From: an uncultured beta proteobacterium
Lineage (GTDB): Bacteria; Pseudomonadota; Gammaproteobacteria; Burkholderiales; Rhodocyclaceae
Length of the DNA stretch: 64,000 nucleotides
Assembly (NCBI GenBank): GCA_903886975.1
Contig: CAISOB010000056.1
Span: 4,935-68,934, forward strand
Reading direction: 5' to 3'
The notes beneath the pieces were generated by a model. The model searched no databases, was not told the origin of the DNA, and worked only from the letters and a program-made list of their open reading frames with translations. The position numbers and the translations under genes are program-made. Positions 57,178 through 64,000 of the stretch are shown here, piece after piece. Position 1 is the first letter of the stretch. Each line of letters opens with the position of its first letter.

Positions 57178-58260
57178 TCAGGGCAGCAGCGCAGCCAGGT
57201 CCATGTGGTAATCCTGGGCCAGGCCCTCATGCCGCTGCAGCACGTCTTCGGGCAGGAGGATGCCGTCGCGCAGGGCGACATCGCGCCGCTCCCATTCCAT
57301 CTCGCCGGGCAGATAGATGCGATCGGTGCCGGCGGCGCGCGGGGCGTTGCGGATCTCGCGGATGATGCCGTCGACGCGCGTCTTGAACTGCGCGATCGGC
57401 ATGATCGCGTCGACATTGATGGCGATGAAGCAATGCCCCTGGCTCAAGGGCCGCGAATCGGGGGTGATCCAGATCTTCACTTCGTCGAGCACCTGTGCGC
57501 CGGTCAGGGCGCCCGCCAGAAGCTCGATCATCAGGGCGATGCCATAACCCTTGTGGCCGGCCATCGGCAGCAGCACGCCTTTCTCGGGATATTCGCTGGC
57601 ATCGGTGGTCGGGCGTCCTTCATCGTCGACCACCCAATTGTCGGGAATGGGCTTGCCCAGCACTCGGGCAGCCAGGACCTTGCTCGCCGCGACGATGCTC
57701 GTCGCAATGTCGAGGACGATCGGCCGCTCCTCGCCGGCCGGAACCGCGTAGGAGAAAGGATTGGTACCGAGGATCGGTGTGCGTCCGCCCGGTACGGCGA
57801 CCATCGGATTGGCGTTGGTCATCGCCAGGCCGATCATGTCATGCTCGGCGGCCATGTTGGCGTAGTAGGCGCAGGCGCCGAAATGGTTGCTTCCACGAAC
57901 CCCGACGTAGGCGATCCCGGCCGTCTTGGCCTTCTCGATCGCCAACTGCATCGCTTGTACCGCAATCACCGGAGCCAAGGCAAAATGACCGTCAATGAGA
58001 GCCCAGGCCGGCCCCTGCGAAACGACTTCCGGAACGGCCTTCAGGTCGACCCGATCCGCAGCCAGCTTCATCAGGGGGCGGAGCTGTTTCGACCCATGGG
58101 TGAAGGTGCCCCAGGTGTCGGTGGTGACCAGTACCTCTGAGGTGACGCGCGCATCTTCCTCACGCATACCGGCACGAAGCATGGCGTCGATGCAGAATGC
58201 ATTCAGACGCGATGCCGGAACGCGGGTGGTGAGCAATTGATGCAGGATGCTGTCAGACAT
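57178..58260 (-). CDS. Ldh_2-family (malate/lactate/ureidoglycolate/sulfolactate-type) dehydrogenase
   Basis: THG, SNHFGA, LGTNP, DIATS, GHKGYG and YLPGE. Confidence 0.92.
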   Translation of the reverse strand: MSDSILHQLLTTRVPASRLNAFCIDAMLRAGMREEDARVTSEVLVTTDTWGTFTHGSKQLRPLMKLAADRVDLKAVPEVVSQGPAWALIDGHFALAPVIAVQAMQLAIEKAKTAGIAYVGVRGSNHFGACAYYANMAAEHDMIGLAMTNANPMVAVPGGRTPILGTNPFSYAVPAGEERPIVLDIATSIVAASKVLAARVLGKPIPDNWVVDDEGRPTTDASEYPEKGVLLPMAGHKGYGIALMIELLAGALTGAQVLDEVKIWITPDSRPLSQGHCFIAINVDAIMPIAQFKTRVDGIIREIRNAPRAAGTDRIYLPGEMEWERRDVALRDGILLPEDVLQRHEGLAQDYHMDLAALLP

Positions 58261-58571
58261 GCGCAAGTCGTTGGTTATGACGCTTCAGCCCCGAGCCAAT
58301 AGCGTTGTTCTTTTAACGGTTCAAGAGGGTCTCGCCACTATCGCACAAATCCGGCGACCAAGATAGAGTTCCATCGCACAACACGTCGCCCGGTTTGCCG
58401 TCGGAACTGTGGATGAAGGTCGGGATGTTGCCGCGTTGGTCGAGCTGGTGTTATTGTCGATGAGTTGACGACGCTGCGAGATCGATCATCGACACAGCGG
58501 GTTATGAGAATCTTCCTCGCATAAACAAGCCACGGTATTAAGTGGCGCTGATATTTTAATAGGGACTTGCT

Positions 58572-59384
58572 ATGAGATACGCTCTTGAAGGAAAAGTGGC
58601 GGTAGTTACGGGGGGAGGCGGAGCAATTTGCGGCGAGATTGCGGCGAATCTTGCCTTGGAAGGCGTGCGGGTTGCCGTGTGCGATCTCTCTCTGGATAAC
58701 GCGAAGCGCAAGGTGGATGGCATTGCCGCGGCCAAGGGTGTGGCGATGGCCGTCGAGTGCGATGTCACTTCCAAAGAGAGCGTTGCCTCGGCAATAGAGA
58801 CCGTTGTCGCCAAATTCGGCACGGTGGATCTTCTCGTTAACGGAGCGGGCGGCAGCCGCAAGGAATGTACGACCTCTCCCGAACTGGAGTTCTTTGATAT
58901 CGCTCCGGAAGCTTTGACAAGCACAGTTGCGCTCAATTATATGAGCGCGGTCATTCCATCGCAGATCGTTGGACGCATATTCGCGCAAAAGAAGTCCGGG
59001 GTTGTTCTTAATATCGCATCGATTGCGGGCATAAGTCCGCTCACTCGGGCGGTCGGATACTCGAACGGCAAGGCTGCTCTCATTAGCTTCACCGAGTGGC
59101 TGGCGGTTCACATGGCGCAGAACTATGCGTCGACAATTCGAGTGAACGCAATTGCTCCCGGATTTATGCTCACCGATCAGAACAGATTCCTCCTTGTTGA
59201 CGAGAAGACCGGTGTGATGACTGAAAGAGCTCAGAAGATACTCGCAAACGTTCCGATGGGTCGCTACGGCAACCCTGAAGAGATCGTCGGTGCCGCGCTT
59301 TGGCTTCTGTCGGATGCTGCAAGCTTCGTGACCGGGGCGGTTGTGCCTGTGGATGGCGGATATACCGCTTTCTCCGGCGTATAG
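58572..59384 (+). CDS. SDR resembling D-mannonate oxidoreductase (UxuB/fructuronate reductase-like)
   Basis: TGGGGAIC, NGAGG, PLTRAVGYSNGKAA...FTEWLAVH, LTDQNRFLL and DGGYTAFSGV. Confidence 0.85.
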   Translation: MRYALEGKVAVVTGGGGAICGEIAANLALEGVRVAVCDLSLDNAKRKVDGIAAAKGVAMAVECDVTSKESVASAIETVVAKFGTVDLLVNGAGGSRKECTTSPELEFFDIAPEALTSTVALNYMSAVIPSQIVGRIFAQKKSGVVLNIASIAGISPLTRAVGYSNGKAALISFTEWLAVHMAQNYASTIRVNAIAPGFMLTDQNRFLLVDEKTGVMTERAQKILANVPMGRYGNPEEIVGAALWLLSDAASFVTGAVVPVDGGYTAFSGV

Positions 59385-59725
59385 ATGAAAGGACGCTTCA
59401 ACGTCCACCAACGCGTACCGCCGACCCCAACGGCCCGTGAGCTTGCTCCAGAGCGGCCGTTATTCGGCCATCCATCCACTAGGCGGCGTGGTGTTGCAGC
59501 CCTTCGCCTGATACTCGCGCTGCTCATGGACGTCAGCGAGGGCGTTTTTTGGCATTTTCCCGGCGGCCGATGTGCTTGTTTGCTTTAAACTGTCGGCCAG
59601 GGAGATCGCGATGATAACTGCAGCAGCGAACGGCCAGCAGCGCCTGTTAGGCCGGAGAACGACGAAACCCCGGGGCACTTGCACGCTAACTGCAAGTCGA
59701 ATCCAGGCCTCGTCCTGTAGCCGCG

Positions 59726-60646
59726 ATGACTGAACCGCGAACGGGAAATCCGCAGGTCTTTCGTGGAATAATGTTGGTCATGACGGCCGTTGCGATTTTC
59801 TCCGTCCTCGATTCTCTGTCCAAATACCTGACCCGTTTCTATCCGATCAATCTCGTCGTCTGGGCGCGCTTCACGTTTCATCTGCTTCTGGTTGTTGTCG
59901 TGCTCGGACCGCGTTATGGTCTTGCGCTGATACGCACCGCCCGTCCCGGCATACAGATCATGCGCGGCTTGTTGCTGGCCATTGCCTCGATTTTATTCGT
60001 CAGCGCATTGAAATACATGCCGCTCGCGGAAACGTCGGCAATCGCCTTTCTGGCTCCGCTGCTGGTCACCATGATGTCGGTGCTGTTTCTCAAGGAGAAG
60101 GTCGAACTCGCGCGCTGGATCGCCGTCCTTTGCGGATTTATCGGCGTCCTCGCCATCATCCGTCCGGGCAGCAGCGTTTTCACCTGGGCCGTGTTCCTGC
60201 CGATGGGCAACGCGATTGCCTACGCCGGGTACCAGATTCTCACGCGCCGTCTGGCCGGTCTGGAGAGTCCCTATACCTCGATATTCTATGCCGGCCTGGT
60301 CGGCGCGCTGTTGCTTTCGGCGATGCTGCCCTATTCTTGGGTACAACCGCAAAGTGCCCTGCACCTCGCCTTGCTTGTCATCAACGGCATGCTTGGCGGA
60401 CTCGGCCATCTGATCCTGATCAAGGCCTTCGAACATGCCCCGGCATCACGGCTTGCTCCTTTCAGCTACTCACAACTGATCTGGGTTACGGTCATCGGCT
60501 ATCTGACCTTCGGTGATTTCCCGGACTCCTGGTCGCTGGTCGGGATCGCCATTCTTATGGTCAGCGGAATCTACACCGCGACGCATCAGCGCAATTCAGA
60601 CCGGCTGCTGAACGGCGAACAGACGAACTTGCCGCCAGGCGCCTAG
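59726..60646 (+). CDS. DMT/EamA-family transporter
   Basis: About 10 TM segments; ALKYMPLAET and APFSYSQLIW. Confidence 0.92.
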   Translation: MTEPRTGNPQVFRGIMLVMTAVAIFSVLDSLSKYLTRFYPINLVVWARFTFHLLLVVVVLGPRYGLALIRTARPGIQIMRGLLLAIASILFVSALKYMPLAETSAIAFLAPLLVTMMSVLFLKEKVELARWIAVLCGFIGVLAIIRPGSSVFTWAVFLPMGNAIAYAGYQILTRRLAGLESPYTSIFYAGLVGALLLSAMLPYSWVQPQSALHLALLVINGMLGGLGHLILIKAFEHAPASRLAPFSYSQLIWVTVIGYLTFGDFPDSWSLVGIAILMVSGIYTATHQRNSDRLLNGEQTNLPPGA

Positions 60647-60868
60647 GGAAGCGCTGATCCATTCCTGGTTGGCTGCAAATGCCGAGCCCTTACCCGACCC
60701 GATCCGGTCACTTAGCTATAGAAAAGCCGGCCCCAAGTTGTCGTGCACCTTGTGCCATTGAAATAAATGACTTCTCCGACGAGCCGCACCAAATCTTCCC
60801 AACATCTATTTGATATTACGTCGTACTGCGCACCTGGTGGGAGCGTCTGTTCAGTTATGAAGACGGCT

Positions 60869-61633
60869 TCAGGCGCCTGCCCGTTCGTCGCGTCGGCGCT
60901 GTCGAGCCTCCTTGACATTGGCATGGGTGCCCAGGTAGTGCGCTTTCATCTCTTCGCTCGCCAGCAAATTGGCCGCCGTGTCGGCTAACATCACCCGCCC
61001 CGTCTCCAGCACATAACCCCGGTTGGCAATCAGCAGCGCCATCCGGGCGTTCTGCTCGACCAGCAGGATAGTCGTCCCGGCCTGGTTGATCTCCTTGATG
61101 ACCTTGAACACCTCCTGGATCAGAATCGGCGCCAGGCCCAGCGACGGCTCGTCCATGATCAGAAGCTTCGCTGCAGACATCAGCCCGCGCCCGATGGCCA
61201 GCATCTGCTGCTGGCCACCGGACAGCTGCCAGCCCAGGCGCCCCCGGAACTCCGCCAGCACAGGAAAGATCGTGAGGACGCGGTCGAGGTCTTTCTGGAT
61301 ATCCGCCTGGGAGACGCGCTTGCGCGGTGTCGCCCCGAGCATCAGGTTGTCCATGACGCTGAGACCCGGGAAGATGCGCCGTCCCTCCGGCACATAGGCG
61401 ATCCCGAGCTCGGCGATGTCCTCGGTTTCCATGTCGGTGATGTCCTGACCGAGGAACTCGATCTTGCCTTTCTTTGCCTTCACAAGGCCGGTAATCGTCT
61501 TGATGGTGGTGCTTTTGCCGGCACCGTTGGCGCCCAGCAGGGCGACGATCTCTCCGGGTTTTACGTCGAGCGTGACGCCCTTCAGCGCCTGAATGGCGCC
61601 GTACCAGCTTTCGATTCCATCAACCTTAAGCAT
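60869..61633 (-). CDS. livF: Branched-chain amino acid-type ABC ATPase (LivF-like)
   Basis: GANGAGKS, VPEGRRIF, LSGGQQQML, DEPSLGLAP and LVEQN. Confidence 0.93.
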   Translation of the reverse strand: MLKVDGIESWYGAIQALKGVTLDVKPGEIVALLGANGAGKSTTIKTITGLVKAKKGKIEFLGQDITDMETEDIAELGIAYVPEGRRIFPGLSVMDNLMLGATPRKRVSQADIQKDLDRVLTIFPVLAEFRGRLGWQLSGGQQQMLAIGRGLMSAAKLLIMDEPSLGLAPILIQEVFKVIKEINQAGTTILLVEQNARMALLIANRGYVLETGRVMLADTAANLLASEEMKAHYLGTHANVKEARQRRRDERAGA

Positions 61634-63455
61634 TCCCCACCTCCGTCCCCAGGTAGGCGTCGATCACCTCCTGGTTCGTCTCGATCTCTTCGGCGGTCCC
61701 TTCCGCGATCTTCCGGCCGAAGTTCAGCACCGTGATGTGGTCGGACACGTTCATGACCAGGTTCATGTCATGTTCAACCAGCAAAATGGTGATGCCCCGC
61801 TTGCTGATCTGGAACAGAAGATCGACCAGCGTTTCGGTCTCGGCGGCATTCAGGCCCGCCGCCGGCTCGTCGAGCAAGAGCAGCTTGGGATCGGAAACCA
61901 GGGCCCGCGCCATCTCGAGCAGCCGCTGCTGCCCGTACGGCAGGCTGTTTGACTGCGCAAACTCCTTGCCTTTCAGACCGACGAAGGCCAGCATCTCGAT
62001 CGCCTTCGCCCGCATTACGGACTCCTCGGCCCGCTGCCAGGGCGGATGGAAAATACTGCTGATGAGGCCGGACTTGGACTGGCACTGCTGGCCGATCAGC
62101 ACATTGTCCAGCACCGTCAGCGCGCCGAAGAGACGGATGTTCTGGAAGGTTCTGGCGATGCCGAGCGCGGTGATGACATGCGGCTTGCGACCGGCGATGG
62201 CCGCCCCCTCGAGGCTGATCTCGCCGCCGGTCGGGATGTACAGACCGCTGAGCATGTTGAGGGTCGTCGTCTTGCCCGAACCGTTGGGCCCGATGAGCGC
62301 CTGAATCTCGCCGCGCCGGACCACCATGTCCACCCCGTCCACCGCCTTGAGCCCGCCGAATTGCTTGGCCAGCCCTTTGACGGTGAGCAGCACCTCGCCG
62401 GCGCCGCTGCCCTTGGTAACGGCGACTGCCTTTGCACTGGCGATTTCGCCGCTGGTGGAAGATGCGGCAACCTGTCGCGCCGCCGTCGAACCGGCATTCC
62501 ACCAGGTGCGCAGCCGCGTGCTGACGCGCAGGTGGCTCACCAGACCGGCGATGCCGCTCGGCATGTAGATCATGATCAGCACGATGCCCGCCGCATAGAC
62601 CATCATGTAGTAATTCTTGAGAAAGCGCAGCACCTCCGGGAGCAGCGTCAGCAGTACGGCGCCGACGATGGAACCGATGGCCGAACCGTTGCCGCCGAGC
62701 ACCGCCATGACCAGCAGCATCACCGACTGATCGAAGGAGAAGGTATCCGGGCTGATGTAGTGCGAGCAGCTGTGCGCGAACATCCAGCCGCCGAATCCGG
62801 CATAGCCCGCCGAAAGGGCGAAGGCCATGATCTTGTAGAAAGTCGTGTCCACCCCGGTCGTTTCAGCAGCCATCTCGTTCTCGCGGATGGCCATGAAAGC
62901 GCGGCCGACACGCGAGTCTTTGAGATTGATGGCGCCCCAGGTGAACAGAATCAGCGCCACGGCGGCGACGTAGAAGAAGTCGCCGGGCTCGTCCAACTCA
63001 TGCGAGCCGATCCATGCCGACGGTATCTTGATGATGCCGTCGGAACCGCCGGTCAACCAGATCGCATTGACCAGAACGAGTTGCAGGATGATCCCGAAGC
63101 CGATCGTCGCCATCGCCAGATAGTGGCCCGAGAGCTTCAACGTGGGAATGCCGAGCAGCACGCCGAAGGAGGCCGCCATGAAGAAAGCGGCGAACATGCC
63201 GATCCATACGGGAACGCCCAGCTGCGTCGTGAGCAGGGCCGAAGTGTAGGCGCCTATGCCCCAGAAAGCGGCCTGGGCCAGCGACAGCTGGCCGGCGTAG
63301 CCGAGCACGATGTTCAGGCCGATCGCGGCAATCGAGAAGCTGATGGCCAGGTTGATCAGATTCAGCCAATAGCTGCTCGCCACCACGCGCGGGAACACCA
63401 CAACAGCAACGACGAGGAAAGCAAGGAGGAGTAGTTTTTTTGTGTTGGTGTTCAT
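61626..63455 (-). CDS. Fused LivM permease-LivG ATPase
   Basis: GYAGQLSLAQ and SRVGRAFMAIRENE (LivM); GPNGSGKT, TFQNIRLF, DEPAAG and VEHDM (LivG). Confidence 0.9.
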   Translation of the reverse strand: MNTNTKKLLLLAFLVVAVVVFPRVVASSYWLNLINLAISFSIAAIGLNIVLGYAGQLSLAQAAFWGIGAYTSALLTTQLGVPVWIGMFAAFFMAASFGVLLGIPTLKLSGHYLAMATIGFGIILQLVLVNAIWLTGGSDGIIKIPSAWIGSHELDEPGDFFYVAAVALILFTWGAINLKDSRVGRAFMAIRENEMAAETTGVDTTFYKIMAFALSAGYAGFGGWMFAHSCSHYISPDTFSFDQSVMLLVMAVLGGNGSAIGSIVGAVLLTLLPEVLRFLKNYYMMVYAAGIVLIMIYMPSGIAGLVSHLRVSTRLRTWWNAGSTAARQVAASSTSGEIASAKAVAVTKGSGAGEVLLTVKGLAKQFGGLKAVDGVDMVVRRGEIQALIGPNGSGKTTTLNMLSGLYIPTGGEISLEGAAIAGRKPHVITALGIARTFQNIRLFGALTVLDNVLIGQQCQSKSGLISSIFHPPWQRAEESVMRAKAIEMLAFVGLKGKEFAQSNSLPYGQQRLLEMARALVSDPKLLLLDEPAAGLNAAETETLVDLLFQISKRGITILLVEHDMNLVMNVSDHITVLNFGRKIAEGTAEEIETNQEVIDAYLGTEVGNA

Positions 63456-63464
63456 CGCTGCGCC

Positions 63465-64000
63465 CTATGCCTTCTCGGCGATCTTCTCGCCGAAGAATCC
63501 CTGCGGACGGACGAGGAGCACCAGGATCAGAATGATGAACGCAAAGGCATCGCGATAGGCGCTTGAAACGTAATAAGCGCCGAAGACTTCGACCACGCCG
63601 AGGAAAATCCCCCCCGCGATGGCGCCGGGAACGCTGCCGAATCCGCCGACAATGGTCGAACAGAAGGCCTTGAGACCGAGCATGCCGCCCATCTCCTTGG
63701 TGACGAAGAAGATCGGTCCGACCAGAATCCCCGCCGCCGCTCCGAGGATCGAGCTGTAGGCGAAGGTGATGGCGATCATGATCGTCACCCGGATGCCGAG
63801 CAGCCGCGCCATCTCTTTGTCCTGAGCAGTCGCCTGCAGCATCTTGCCGAGCTTTGTCCGTTCGAAAAGGAAATACTGGAAACCGAGCAGCGCGAGGGTG
63901 CACAGGATGATGACGATATATTGGGGATCAACATACACCCCGAACAGGTTGAGCGCCTCCGAGGCGGTTGGCCGCGGCATCGGCATGGGCTCGGCGCCGA
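63465..64000 (-). CDS. livH: LivH-like permease, 5' part outside the window
   Basis: RTKLGKMLQATAQD and KAFCSTIVGGFGSVPGA. Confidence 0.9.
   Translation of the reverse strand, partial: GAEPMPMPRPTASEALNLFGVYVDPQYIVIILCTLALLGFQYFLFERTKLGKMLQATAQDKEMARLLGIRVTIMIAITFAYSSILGAAAGILVGPIFFVTKEMGGMLGLKAFCSTIVGGFGSVPGAIAGGIFLGVVEVFGAYYVSSAYRDAFAFIILILVLLVRPQGFFGEKIAEKA

Noticed and set aside
60712-60924. 70-aa ORF between the DMT gene and livF
   Set aside because: Overlaps the livF end, has no clear start context and no recognisable domain.

Overview
High-GC bacterial chromosomal window, probably a betaproteobacterium (inferred from gene content and protein style, not proven). No rRNA, tRNA, CRISPR array, integrase or intact transposase was recognised. 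Positions 1-30.6 kb look like backbone: molybdenum-hydroxylase subunits, a porin/small periplasmic protein/GGDEF-EAL operon, a Tat-AKR/NTT-like transporter/Tat-NAD(P) oxidoreductase operon, a membrane-anchored hemerythrin, an OmpR-type two-component pair, ilvBN with a leader-peptide attenuator, pepN, tpx, dbpA, a GAF-GGDEF protein, HiPIP, cytochrome b561 and a Tat M19 peptidase. From about 31 kb to 59.4 kb is a compositionally mosaic catabolic region: a low-GC acetyltransferase, split UxaA dehydratase, FAD oxidoreductase, sugar ABC transporter, LysR plus fluoroacetate dehalogenase, VOC protein, ALDH, fused E1 alpha/beta with no E2, TRAP and Opp/Dpp transporters, SDRs and an Ldh_2 enzyme. The window ends in a Liv-type ABC transporter. 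Three REP doublets are dispersed across it. The best candidate for an undescribed system is the 7.7-10.9 kb operon, where two Tat-signal NAD(P)-dependent oxidoreductases flank a nucleotide-antiporter-family transporter. All family assignments are from motif recognition by eye; no searches were run. Several start codons were moved downstream from the supplied ORF track.
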